Assembly (NCBI GenBank): GCA_944372795.1
Contig: CALWAF010000001.1
Coordinates: forward strand, 64,390-128,389
Reading direction: 5' to 3'
From: an uncultured Clostridia bacterium
GTDB taxonomy: Bacteria > Bacillota > Clostridia > Christensenellales > CAG-917
DNA length: 64,000 nucleotides
Below, piece by piece: positions 10,061-19,475 of the stretch (positions within the stretch are counted from its first letter, which is position 1; each line of letters begins with the position of its first letter). The translations under genes and the position numbers were made by a program. The notes beneath the pieces were generated by a model that was given only the letters and a program-made list of their open reading frames with translations, was not told the origin of the DNA and ran no database searches.

Positions 10061-10118
10061 TTGTCGGAGCGTGATATGATATAAACACGATCTTCGGATC
10101 TTTGGGGGAGAATTCGCT

Positions 10119-11807
10119 ATGAAAAAAAGCAAGATCACTCTTTTGACCGCCGCGGCGCTGGTGCTTGTGCTCGCCTGCGGCATTCTGCTTGCCGCCTGCA
10201 ACGACAACGGCGGGAAGATAGGTTCCATGGGCGTCGAACCCTTCCCTGACACATTCACCAACGACATTGACACCGTGGACTCCGAAAATCTGGCGGTAGG
10301 CGCCTCGGTCACCGCAGCGAGCGGCGGGGACGCGTCCGCCGTCCTCGACGGCGACAAGACCACGGCATGGACTGCGGCGGAGACTTCGGGTCAGTGGCTG
10401 GAGATCGCCTTGTCCTCTCCTGCGGACATCAACACCGTGGTCATCCGCGAGAACGGCAACTTCATCTCCGGCTTCGGCTTTGTCCTCCCCGACGAGGACG
10501 GCGTCTATCCCGAAGACATGGTTTCCGCCTCCTTCTACCGTCAGCAGGACAGGATAGAACGCTATCGCTACTGCACCTTCGCGACGCAGGAGGACGTCAC
10601 CGAGTTCCGCATCTGGTTCGGCGGGACGGACGCGGGCAAGAGCCTCTCGATCGCCGAGGTGGAGATATACAACGTCGCGCCCAAGGAATATGACGGCGAT
10701 TTCCGCGTCTTCAACTACTACACCCCGCAGGATCTGCAATATATGGAGCAAGCCGACCTCCTCGAGGACTTCGAGAGCGACACCATCACGGACGTCATCC
10801 TCATCTCCCTCGCCTTCTGGATGGAGGACGGCAGCATCGTGTATGCCGAGGATCCCGACCTCTACGACACCTCCGACCCGAACTACGATCCCGAACGCGA
10901 TCAGTTCCGTTTCGTGGGCGATCACGAGGACCCCGACGGCTACTATAACGCCGCAATCCAAAAGGTGCACGACGCCATCGCCGCGCACGTCGCGAGAGGT
11001 GGCAGGGACATCAACATCTGCATAGATTTTTATCCCAAGATCGTAACGCAGAACGGACTGCCCGCCAACGAGGACGCCCTCGTTGAAAGCATACACACCC
11101 TCATCGTCGAGGACGACCGCGTGGACGGCATCGACATCGACTGGGAGTATCCCACCGGCGTCTCCGAATGGAAGGCATACGGCGATATGCTGGTCGCGGT
11201 GGACGAGGACTTCGACGCCTCGGGCAAGAACAAATATATCTCCCTCGCCCTCTCCGCCGACAACGTGCGCCTGACGCAGGAACAGGTGGACGCCATCGAC
11301 TTCGTACAGATGATGGCTTACGACCGCTTCGACATCGTGGACGGCAACCACTCCTCATTCCGCAGCGGTGCCTATTCCTCCATGCGCTACTTCGTCAATC
11401 TCGGCTTCGAGCCCTCGCAGCTGGTGCTGGGCACCCCCCTCTACGGACGCCCCAACACTTGGGACACCATATGGACCAACTACGGCTACGGCAGCGAAGT
11501 CTGGTCTACGCAGGACAAGGCGCCTTACACCTATTGGGACAACGTGCAGTGGCTTTATTTCGACGGCAAAAACACCGATGGCGAACAGTATGACGGCTCC
11601 GTGCTCACGCAGGTGTGGGTGAACGGCGCCGCCCTCATCGCCGACAAGACGGCGTACATCATCGAACAGGGCTTCGCCGGCATCATGCTGTGGAGAGAGT
11701 CCACCGACTTCGCTTGGGATGACGTCGACGTCAACGGCATGCCTCGCTCGGGGCTTCGCGCCATACACGACACGGCATCGGCTAGAATAGTCGGATACGG
11801 AGAATGA
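10119..11807 (+). CDS. lipoprotein: discoidin-like domain + GH18 domain (paralogue of 7514..9037)
   Basis: ORF 10119..11807. Lipobox LLAAC. LDGDKTTAWTA. Canonical GH18 motif VDGIDIDWEYP. Confidence 0.8.
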   Translation: MKKSKITLLTAAALVLVLACGILLAACNDNGGKIGSMGVEPFPDTFTNDIDTVDSENLAVGASVTAASGGDASAVLDGDKTTAWTAAETSGQWLEIALSSPADINTVVIRENGNFISGFGFVLPDEDGVYPEDMVSASFYRQQDRIERYRYCTFATQEDVTEFRIWFGGTDAGKSLSIAEVEIYNVAPKEYDGDFRVFNYYTPQDLQYMEQADLLEDFESDTITDVILISLAFWMEDGSIVYAEDPDLYDTSDPNYDPERDQFRFVGDHEDPDGYYNAAIQKVHDAIAAHVARGGRDINICIDFYPKIVTQNGLPANEDALVESIHTLIVEDDRVDGIDIDWEYPTGVSEWKAYGDMLVAVDEDFDASGKNKYISLALSADNVRLTQEQVDAIDFVQMMAYDRFDIVDGNHSSFRSGAYSSMRYFVNLGFEPSQLVLGTPLYGRPNTWDTIWTNYGYGSEVWSTQDKAPYTYWDNVQWLYFDGKNTDGEQYDGSVLTQVWVNGAALIADKTAYIIEQGFAGIMLWRESTDFAWDDVDVNGMPRSGLRAIHDTASARIVGYGE

Positions 11808-11820
11808 GGAGGTAAACGCT

Positions 11821-12765
11821 ATGAAACGCACACTTAAACTGCTTGTTGTGACATCTCTGCTGCTTTTGAGCCTTGTCGGTTCCCTTCTCGCTCTCACCGC
11901 CTGCGACGAGGATCTTGTCACCCGATACGCCGCCGCAAAGGACGCATGGGATAAGGCGGAATACAAGATGAGCACGGATACGGGCGTCATCGACGCCACT
12001 CTCGGTAGCGGCGAGAATGCCCTGCCCGTCACTCTCACGCTCTCGGGCAAACGCGTGTATCTGGGCGACACCATGCGCATGGATTACAGCGTCAAACTGA
12101 CGGGCATCGAGGACATCGCGGGCGGCACGTTCGGTTCTGTTGTCGAAGACGGTCTCGATGCCGACATCACCGTCATAAAGGAGGCGGACGGCGTCTACAC
12201 CCTGAACGGGCTCATAATGGGACTCCCGCTCCTCAACGCCACTTTCACCGAGAGTGCGATGAAGGACACCATCCCCGTGCTCGACTTCGCGGCTGCCACA
12301 TTCTATGACCCAGAGGCGCTCTCCGGCAGCGGCAGCTCCTACACCATCCCCGGCGACACTTCTCTCACATGGATCCTCGATCAGGTCGCGCCCATCCTCG
12401 CATATGACGCGGGCTACGACATCATGCCCATGATCTACGACTGGATCGACTTCGGCGACGTGACCGGCTCCGTGACCTTTTCGGACGGCAACTTCGCCGC
12501 AATGACCACCTCGCAGGACATCACGGCGTTCATGCCTTATGAAGACGCTGAATTCCTCGCCTACAACGTGGAATTCTTCCCGAGGATACTCTTCAATCTC
12601 ATCGAGAACAAGACTATCGACATCAACGGACTCATCACCCTCGACTTCTCCGACGCCATCGGCGAGGAAGGCATCCGCATCGAGGGCAACGTATCCACTT
12701 CCGCACAGTACACGCTGCTGTCTGCGGACACCACATTCGAGGATATTTTCGGCGACAACATCTGA
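11821..12765 (+). CDS. lipoprotein of unknown function (cassette partner 2)
   Basis: ORF 11821..12765. GAGGAGG RBS. Lipobox LALTAC. Shares blocks with 9051..10019, e.g. GDVTGSV(S/T)F(A/S)DGNF(S/A)AMTTSQ. Confidence 0.6.
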   Translation: MKRTLKLLVVTSLLLLSLVGSLLALTACDEDLVTRYAAAKDAWDKAEYKMSTDTGVIDATLGSGENALPVTLTLSGKRVYLGDTMRMDYSVKLTGIEDIAGGTFGSVVEDGLDADITVIKEADGVYTLNGLIMGLPLLNATFTESAMKDTIPVLDFAAATFYDPEALSGSGSSYTIPGDTSLTWILDQVAPILAYDAGYDIMPMIYDWIDFGDVTGSVTFSDGNFAAMTTSQDITAFMPYEDAEFLAYNVEFFPRILFNLIENKTIDINGLITLDFSDAIGEEGIRIEGNVSTSAQYTLLSADTTFEDIFGDNI

Positions 12766-12786
12766 CCGATATCTTCTTTACGCAAA

Positions 12787-12813
12787 CCGCTCCTTCGGCA
12801 AGGGGCGGTTTTT
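12787..12813 (+). terminator. intrinsic terminator after cassette 2
   Basis: CCGCTCCTT-CGGC-AAGGGGCGG hairpin followed by TTTTT. Confidence 0.65.
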
Positions 12814-12852
12814 CGTCCCCCGAAACGGGGAAAACACAGGGATGCGTGAGCC

Positions 12853-13872
12853 GTGCTCTGCGGCGACACGAGCAAGATCATTAGAAAAAATTCCGAAAAA
12901 GGACGCAAATTCCGTCTGCTGGGCAGAAACAGGGCGGAGGACGAGACCCCGAGCATCCTCTTCAAGGATGCCGCCGCGCTCTACATCGAGTTTTCAACGG
13001 CGGCGACCGCAGCGGAGACTGCCATAAAACGTATGCGCATCTTTGTGCAATTCTTCCTTCCCGCTTTCGGCGAGAGGAACATCGCCTCCATAACTTCCGC
13101 CGACATCTACAGGTGGTTCGACGCCCTTCTCACCGCAAACAAGCCGGGAGGCGGCACCTACGCTCCGCGCACCCTTCACTCCATCTGGGGGCAGTTGCAC
13201 ACATTCTTCGGCTGGTGCTCCATGCGCTACGCCGTCCCGAACCCGATGTCAGCCGCAAGGATGCCGCGTACACCGCCCACCGAACGTAACGTTTCTTTCT
13301 GGGAAGTGACGCAGTTCCGCGCCTTCATCGACCACGTGGACGACGTCACTTGGCGCACGTTTTTCACCTTTCAGTACTACACCGGCTGCCGCATAAGCGA
13401 GACCCTCGCATTGCAGGAAAAGGACTACACGGACGACGCCGTCAGAGTGGATAAGAGCCTTTCCAAACGCACGCTCACCGACGACTTTTTCGAGAACAAA
13501 TCCACCAAGACGGGCAAGCGGCGCACCGTCCCCCTCCCCCGCCTCTTGCAGCGCTCCCTCGACGAGTACATCGCATGGAAACGCGCGGGCGGCATCCCCG
13601 ACGCCTTCCTCTTCTGCAACGAGCGCGGTGAACACCTCCCCCACAGCACCATCCGCCGCCGCTTCGACTTCTACACCGAGGCGGCAGGGCTCCCGCGCAT
13701 CAAGATCCACGACCTACGCCACTCCTACGTCTCCCTGCTCATCCACAAGGGCGCGAACCTTGCCGTCATCGCCTCCCTCATCGGCGACTCCTTCGAGCAG
13801 GTCACCAACACCTACGGGCACATGTACGAGAGCGACAAGATCAACGCCGTCCGCCTCCTCGACCGCGACTGA
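12853..13872 (+). CDS. tyrosine recombinase / phage-type integrase
   Basis: ORF 12853..13872. C-terminal HDLRHSYVSLLIHKG...YGHMY (R, HxxR, Y catalytic signature). The GTG start has no visible SD, so the start is uncertain. Confidence 0.85.
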   Translation: MLCGDTSKIIRKNSEKGRKFRLLGRNRAEDETPSILFKDAAALYIEFSTAATAAETAIKRMRIFVQFFLPAFGERNIASITSADIYRWFDALLTANKPGGGTYAPRTLHSIWGQLHTFFGWCSMRYAVPNPMSAARMPRTPPTERNVSFWEVTQFRAFIDHVDDVTWRTFFTFQYYTGCRISETLALQEKDYTDDAVRVDKSLSKRTLTDDFFENKSTKTGKRRTVPLPRLLQRSLDEYIAWKRAGGIPDAFLFCNERGEHLPHSTIRRRFDFYTEAAGLPRIKIHDLRHSYVSLLIHKGANLAVIASLIGDSFEQVTNTYGHMYESDKINAVRLLDRD

Positions 13873-13918
13873 CCCCGCAGACTACAAAAACGCCCCTTTG
13901 GGGGCGCCGATTTTCGGG

Positions 13919-14296
13919 TCACGCGAGGTTGGTTGCAAGCCCGCTTCTCGCTTCCGCGGCGCGCTTGTTCTCTGCGCGGCGCTGTTTTGCGCGCTCCCGT
14001 TCCAATCTGCGGCAATACGCCTCGTCGCGCGGCAGCACCGTGATGAGCAGCGCCTCTTCAAAGACAAAAAGATAGTCCCTGTACAGCACCACGTCCCTGC
14101 CAGCATACTCCTCGGCGAACGCCTCCGCCGCCTCTTCCCTGCGCCCGAGATAGGCGTCTGCCGCCGCTCCCGCCTCTCCGCGATGTACGCCGAGACGCCA
14201 CGCACACTCCGCAAAAGCCATGCGCTTCTCCGCGCTCTTCATCCTCGGCACGCGCTCCTTGATCCTCTTGTCCGCATGTTTCGTGATCGCTATCAT
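13919..14296 (-). CDS. hypothetical protein (125 aa)
   Basis: ORF 13919..14530 trimmed to ATG 14296, preceded by AAGGAGGAAAA. Begins MIAITKHADKRIKER. No family recognised. Confidence 0.45.
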   Translation of the reverse strand: MIAITKHADKRIKERVPRMKSAEKRMAFAECAWRLGVHRGEAGAAADAYLGRREEAAEAFAEEYAGRDVVLYRDYLFVFEEALLITVLPRDEAYCRRLERERAKQRRAENKRAAEARSGLATNLA

Positions 14297-14870
14297 CTTG
14301 TTTTCCTCCTTGTCATATATCTCTCGCGGCTCTCGCCGCCATTTCCTCGCCCGCGCCATAATTTCACGGCACTCGCTCCGCCGCCTGCTACTCGCCCTTC
14401 GCGACGCCCGACGCCCCTTTTCTTCGTCCGCATTATTCATCCGTTTACCAACGCACTTTCTCTTGCCACTGCCGTCGCCCTTTGCCGCCTTCCGCGCGGA
14501 GACGATATCTTCCTCTCCCGCATCCGTCACAAGCTGTATTCACTTAAAGTACCCCAACAGCGCTTTGAAGAAAAAGTACACTACAAATATCACAAACAGA
14601 ATGCCGACCATGATCCGCTCTTTTAGACGCCCCGCGTCTTTCGAGGCAGTTTTCTCCCCACCTCGATCATATCCTACCACACCTTACGCACCAAAAACGT
14701 CCCACAACCCACCGCCTCGCACAAATTTTTCTTCATCCCCCACCGACGAAATAAAACCGCCTCCCATCCATCCGCCGTATGAAATGATCTCAACGCGTAA
14801 ATGTCGCAAGATCTGTCACACCCCGTTGGAAAAGATGCGGAAAGCTACGAAACTTTGCGCAAAACACTTA

Positions 14871-14899
14871 TAATAAAGCACCCCGCAGTGCGGGGTGCT
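14871..14899 (-). terminator. intrinsic terminator downstream of 14935..15579
   Basis: 10-bp stem AGCACCCCGC/GCGGGGTGCT with a 3-nt loop. U-rich tail on the minus strand (TTATTAT). Confidence 0.6.
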
Positions 14900-14934
14900 T
14901 GGGTCGTGGTTGGTTGGCGGGGTGACGTCGGGTG

Positions 14935-15579
14935 TCAGTCCTTGGCGGAGGGGGCGGGGGCGCCGCATTCGGAGCAGAAATTGGCGGTGGATGAGAGAGG
15001 GGCGCCGCATTCGGGACAGGCGGGCGCGGGATCTTCCGCGGGGTTTGCGGGTGGCGCAGCCTGTGCGGGCGGAGTGTCCTGTGCAAGCGGAGCGGTCTGC
15101 CCTGCCTGTCTGAACATTGCAGCCTCGTTTGCCGCGTAAAGCTCTGCCGCCTTTTTCATGGCTGCGGGCATATCGGAGGGGCTGACGCCGGCTGTCGCTG
15201 CCGCAACGGGGCTGAAAAGCGCGGCGTAGCTGCGGATCGCTTCCTCTTCCGAGAGCTCCACGCCGTCCTTGACCAGCACCGTATCCGCGACGAGTCGATA
15301 GCCTTTGAGGTTGCCCGTCTCGATGAGTTTCCGTGCCGCATCCGCAGCGTTGGACGCATAGCCGAACACGGTGATAAGAGGGACGATGTCGCGCATGGAG
15401 ATCATGTCCACGATCCTGCAAAGCTGTGCGCATACGCCATACTTCTGCATCACGATCATCGTGGGCACGGCGGGGATGATGAGCAGACTGAACTGGAAAA
15501 GGATCTTGTAGGTCTTCTCCAATTTTTTGCATCTGCCTTTGAGGTCCGGGACGATATTCTTGAGGTTTATGGTGTTCAT
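14935..15579 (-). CDS. membrane-associated protein with C-terminal zinc ribbon (paralogue of 2727..3368)
   Basis: ORF 14935..15660 trimmed to ATG 15579 (GGAGG RBS). CPECG...CSECG ribbon. Block LIETGNLKGYRLVADTVLVKD...SEEEA aligns with LIDGGSVKGYEIVGDEVVAKT...TEEDA of the other copy. Confidence 0.6.
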   Translation of the reverse strand: MNTINLKNIVPDLKGRCKKLEKTYKILFQFSLLIIPAVPTMIVMQKYGVCAQLCRIVDMISMRDIVPLITVFGYASNAADAARKLIETGNLKGYRLVADTVLVKDGVELSEEEAIRSYAALFSPVAAATAGVSPSDMPAAMKKAAELYAANEAAMFRQAGQTAPLAQDTPPAQAAPPANPAEDPAPACPECGAPLSSTANFCSECGAPAPSAKD

Positions 15580-15705
15580 GGCATCCTCCGAAATCATGAT
15601 AACACACTTCCCGCCGCCTGTCACCCCCGTCTTTTCTCCCGAAAGGCGAAGCGAACGCATATGCGTCCGCCTTGCCGTCTTTTTAGCACCCCTTCCCGAA
15701 AGCGG

Positions 15706-16191
15706 TCAGTTGTAAGGGATTATCTTGACGTCGCCCGCCGTGAACTCCGTCTCGGAGCGGATGATGTCGTAGATCTGCGCCGCCTGTTCGGCGGTGAGCT
15801 CCGCGGCTCCCACGACGACGTTCACTCCGCTGTCGCTCATGGTGACGATGGCATCATCGAAGCCCTTCGCCTTGACGAGAGCCTCCAGCTGGAGCTCCGA
15901 CTCCATGCGCTCGACGAGCCCGAGTTTCTGTTCCTCCGCCGCCGTCTTCGCCTCTGCGGAGCTGGTCTCGGAGGTGATTATGGCGTCGAGATAGAGGAAT
16001 TCGGACTCTCTCGCCGCTTCTCTGTCACTGCGATAGGCGGCAAAGAAGGTCTCGGTCACGACGCCGGCGTCGATGGGATCGGACGTCGTCAGCCTATCGT
16101 TGAGCGCCCAGTTGAGCACACCGGTTGCGACGAGCAGAGCGACCATCACCGACAACACTAGGATCTTCTTGGTTCTGGGTTTTATTTTCAT
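15706..16191 (-). CDS. spoIIIAH: stage III sporulation protein AH
   Basis: ORF 15706..16203 trimmed to ATG 16191 (GGAGGA RBS). N-terminal TM helix plus YscJ/FliF-like C-terminal region. Last gene of the spoIIIA string. Confidence 0.8.
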   Translation of the reverse strand: MKIKPRTKKILVLSVMVALLVATGVLNWALNDRLTTSDPIDAGVVTETFFAAYRSDREAARESEFLYLDAIITSETSSAEAKTAAEEQKLGLVERMESELQLEALVKAKGFDDAIVTMSDSGVNVVVGAAELTAEQAAQIYDIIRSETEFTAGDVKIIPYN

Positions 16192-16206
16192 ACTGTCCTC
16201 CATGAC

Positions 16207-16626
16207 TCATTTCATTGCGTAGACATTGACGATATTTTTGTCCACGCCCATTGCCGTTGTCACCGCCGAAAGGAGCCTGAGCCTCACGGCTATATCCTCC
16301 GCGCCCTCCGCGATCACGATGACGCCGATCACTCTTTCCTCGTCGTCGCGCGTGATCATGGTCTCCACCCTGCCCACACCTTCGAGCTCGCGCAGTACGG
16401 ATGCGAGGCGGCTTTCGTCGGGATCCGCGACGGAGGAAGACACCTCTCCGTCCCCCGCGCCGAGGGCGTTCTCGGTCGCCACGGTAGAATATATGAGCAG
16501 GGCGATGGCGATTATGAATGTCGCGGCGATGAGACGGATGTTTTTTATCCCTTTCAGCTTTTTCACCACGGAAGAACCTTTGATCCTGTCCGCAAATCCC
16601 GTGTGTCTCTCGTCACGCACTTCCAC
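16207..16626 (-). CDS. spoIIIAG: stage III sporulation protein AG
   Basis: ORF 16207..16626 (GTG start, GGGAGGAG RBS). One TM helix. C-terminal VIGVIVIAEGAED...NIVNVYAMK is typical of SpoIIIAG. Confidence 0.8.
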   Translation of the reverse strand: MEVRDERHTGFADRIKGSSVVKKLKGIKNIRLIAATFIIAIALLIYSTVATENALGAGDGEVSSSVADPDESRLASVLRELEGVGRVETMITRDDEERVIGVIVIAEGAEDIAVRLRLLSAVTTAMGVDKNIVNVYAMK

Positions 16627-17107
16627 TCTTCACTCCTCCCGCCGCAGTGACGTGCACCGCGCATCCCGCCGCGAACGACAGCTCCCTCACCGTCTTCTCC
16701 GCGCTCGATATATGTCTATTCCACTCCCCCTCTGGCAGAACCGAAAGATCCAAAACGATGTTTATCTCGTCGATTTCCGACACAGAACCCTCTTTTATGA
16801 CAATTTCCGCATCGGCATCATATCCCTCGTCTTTGAGGGCGTCCTCCACGCGCAGAGCGCATTCTCTCGCCCACTCCGCCGCAGTCTCGTCCACGAATCC
16901 GTAATCGGGCGCGAGGTCGGAATAGGTGGGCTCCCAATTTTTAAGAGCGCGTATCACGCCGGGCAGCGGCGACACCACCACGAATATCACCAGCAGCGAA
17001 AATGCTCCTTTGACGTACTTCCCCGTCTGCCCCTCCGGCAGCAAGATCTCGAGCAGCACCCCCAGCGCTATAACTCCCGCGATCGCGGTCATCCACGCAG
17101 TCAGCAT
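16613..17107 (-). CDS. spoIIIAF: stage III sporulation protein AF
   Basis: ORF 16613..17107. Two N-terminal TM helices. Position between AE and AG. Confidence 0.75.
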   Translation of the reverse strand: MLTAWMTAIAGVIALGVLLEILLPEGQTGKYVKGAFSLLVIFVVVSPLPGVIRALKNWEPTYSDLAPDYGFVDETAAEWARECALRVEDALKDEGYDADAEIVIKEGSVSEIDEINIVLDLSVLPEGEWNRHISSAEKTVRELSFAAGCAVHVTAAGGVKSGSA

Positions 17108-17108
17108 C

Positions 17109-18368
17109 TCACACCCCCGGATTGAAACTGCCGATGACCAGCATCAGCACCACAAAGAACATGAACCCCACCCCCACCAGCGCCGTCACCAGCAGCGTAC
17201 TGTTGTCCGCAAGCGCCGCAAGCACTTCGGACGTGCGCTTGTCTCCCATGGGTTCGGTGACCGCAGCGGCAAGGCGCAGGGCGAGTATGTAGGAGGCAAG
17301 ACGCACGAGCGGGAACAACACCACGGCAAGCAACACCGCCACTCCCGTCACTCCGACGGCGTTTTTCACCAGCACGAGGGAGGCGGTGACGAGGTCGAAT
17401 CCGTCCGATACGTAGCCGCCCAGAATGGGGACGTAGCTGGATACGGCGAATTTTGCCGCATTGAAGCTCAATCTGTCCGTGACGCCTCCCGCTATGCCCT
17501 GTGCGGTAAGAAAAGTGCCGAAGAGTCCGAACACGATGCCGACGAACCACCCCGCCCCCGATTTGAAGAGCTTGGCGAGTTTGCCGAGTTTCACGTTTTC
17601 GGAGACGTTCCCTACGACGGAGAGGACAAGCGCCGCGACGAACGCGGGCACGACGACGTGCTGCACCGCCTTGATGACCGTGCCCGAAAGCACCGCCATG
17701 AAAGGCTGATATACGGCGGCTCCGCTCGCGCCGCCCACCGCAGAAAGCAAGGTGAGTAGCACGGGGAATACGGCGTCCGAAAAGGATGCCAGCGCGTCCA
17801 CGGTGCGCGTCACCGACAGCACCACTCCGACAGCCCCCGAGGCAAGGATGACGATGACCGCCGAGTAGCACACGATGTGCACCACTTCTCCCGTGGACTT
17901 TCCCGAGAACCCGGAGGACATCCCCGCCAGCATACTCTTCAAAAGGCAGATGATCACGACGGAGAGAAGCCCCGGCAGAAAACCCAGAAAGTAGCTGCCG
18001 AACGCGGACAACAGCGCCGAGAGGAAGGAGCCGAAAAAATCGCGCGGTTCGCCGTCGGTGATGCTCTTGAGCGCGGAGGCGATGTCGTCTATCCCCACGG
18101 CAGCATACTCGTCCTCGCCTAGAGACGCGATGAAGTCGTCGAAGAGGTCGGTGTCCAGCCTGTCGATGACCCCGTCGACGCTGTCGGCGAGGTCCTCCGC
18201 GACGTTTTCCTGCGCGTCGGAGAGCGCGAGCGCGATCCCGCCGTTTGCGCATAACAAGGCGATGAATAGCAAAAATACGCAGATTAACACCGCAATTATG
18301 AAAATTCGCTCTTTTCGCCTCTTTCTCGCGAAACGTAGGCGGAGCGACGGAGCGAGTCCCGCGGTCAT
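17109..18368 (-). CDS. spoIIIAE: stage III sporulation protein AE
   Basis: ORF 17109..18368, 419 aa polytopic membrane protein. ATGA coupling to spoIIIAD. Confidence 0.85.
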   Translation of the reverse strand: MTAGLAPSLRLRFARKRRKERIFIIAVLICVFLLFIALLCANGGIALALSDAQENVAEDLADSVDGVIDRLDTDLFDDFIASLGEDEYAAVGIDDIASALKSITDGEPRDFFGSFLSALLSAFGSYFLGFLPGLLSVVIICLLKSMLAGMSSGFSGKSTGEVVHIVCYSAVIVILASGAVGVVLSVTRTVDALASFSDAVFPVLLTLLSAVGGASGAAVYQPFMAVLSGTVIKAVQHVVVPAFVAALVLSVVGNVSENVKLGKLAKLFKSGAGWFVGIVFGLFGTFLTAQGIAGGVTDRLSFNAAKFAVSSYVPILGGYVSDGFDLVTASLVLVKNAVGVTGVAVLLAVVLFPLVRLASYILALRLAAAVTEPMGDKRTSEVLAALADNSTLLVTALVGVGFMFFVVLMLVIGSFNPGV

Positions 18369-18757
18369 ACCAACTCCATCAATCCGCCCACAACGTCAAC
18401 CAGCGCGGTGACGACGGATATGCTCATAAGGAAGATGACGATCTTCCCTCCCAACTGCAGCTTTTGTGCGACGGAGGCGCAGCCCGCGTCCGTGGCGACG
18501 GAGGCGCTGTATTCGGTGAGATAGCCTATGCCGATGATCTTGAGGACGGCGGAAAAGACGCGGTCGTCTATGCCGCTCTTTTGAACGAGTTCGTCAAAGG
18601 CGAGGATGGCGCTTTGCAGCGAGCTCAACAGTGTGATGACCATCACGATGCCCGTGCCTATCACCGCAAACGCCGCAAATTCGGGCTTCGCGGTGCGCAG
18701 TACGCTCACTGCCACGACACCGATGAGAGCTATACCGATAAGCTTGACCAACATCAT
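18365..18757 (-). CDS. spoIIIAD: stage III sporulation protein AD
   Basis: ORF 18365..18757, 130 aa, four hydrophobic helices. ATGA overlaps on both sides. Confidence 0.85.
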   Translation of the reverse strand: MMLVKLIGIALIGVVAVSVLRTAKPEFAAFAVIGTGIVMVITLLSSLQSAILAFDELVQKSGIDDRVFSAVLKIIGIGYLTEYSASVATDAGCASVAQKLQLGGKIVIFLMSISVVTALVDVVGGLMELV

Positions 18758-18951
18758 GTGAGCGAGAGGATGTTTTTCACGGTGTCGAAGAGCCCGCCCA
18801 CCATGTCCATCACCAGCACGATGACCACGATGAGCCCCGCGAGCGTGGCGAATGTCGCCATATCGTCGCGGTCGCTGCGCTTCAGGATGATGCAGACGAT
18901 GGCTGTGAGCAGCCCCACGCCCGCGATCTTGACAATGATATCGACCCCCAT
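18754..18951 (-). CDS. spoIIIAC: stage III sporulation protein AC
   Basis: ORF 18754..19083 trimmed to ATG 18951 (GGAGG RBS). 65-aa two-helix membrane protein MGVDIIVKIAGVGLL... Confidence 0.8.
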   Translation of the reverse strand: MGVDIIVKIAGVGLLTAIVCIILKRSDRDDMATFATLAGLIVVIVLVMDMVGGLFDTVKNILSLT

Positions 18952-18962
18952 TTCACCTCCTC

Positions 18963-19475
18963 TTACGCCAGCATCACGATGAGCGCTATGCCGAGCAACA
19001 CGGCGAGCTTGAAGTACATGCCTCCGAGGCGTCTGCTCTCTTCGGCGCACTTTGCGCGTCTTGCGCCGAAGTCCTCCTTCCAACGCCCCGCGGCAGCCAG
19101 CTGATCGGAAAGCGGCGTGGTGCCGAGAGCGGAAAGGAATTCCCGCAACTTCTTCTTCTCATCGGGTTTCAGTTTCGCGCTTTCGGCGGCGGAGGCAGCG
19201 GCGCCCTCCTGCGTCCCGCCCAACGCGAGCGCGGCGGAAAAACGCTGCAACACTCCCGCGAACGCGCCCTTCCTGCCCTCCGCGAAACCCGCTATCGCCG
19301 CATTGAGCGGGGTCTTGCGGAAGCCGAGCTCGGAGGTCAGATAAGCGGCAAACGCCTCGGCGTCGGCAAAGAACTTCTCCCTCTCGATGTAGTGCCGCCT
19401 GATAAGCACCCCGCCGTAACAGCAGATAAGTGCGAGCAGCCCGCCCGCGACAAGCCGCAGTATGTCCGCCGTCAC
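18963..19475 (-). CDS. spoIIIAB: stage III sporulation protein AB
   Basis: ORF 18963..19556 trimmed to GTG 19475, which forms a GTGA overlap with the spoIIIAA stop. AAGGAGAGG RBS. Confidence 0.75.
   Translation of the reverse strand: MTADILRLVAGGLLALICCYGGVLIRRHYIEREKFFADAEAFAAYLTSELGFRKTPLNAAIAGFAEGRKGAFAGVLQRFSAALALGGTQEGAAASAAESAKLKPDEKKKLREFLSALGTTPLSDQLAAAGRWKEDFGARRAKCAEESRRLGGMYFKLAVLLGIALIVMLA

Noticed and set aside
12853-15700. Intact prophage or ICE around the integrase
   Set aside because: There are no capsid, tail, terminase, replication, relaxase or T4SS genes. I found no att repeats. Only about 2.8 kb lies between the flanking housekeeping and glycan genes.
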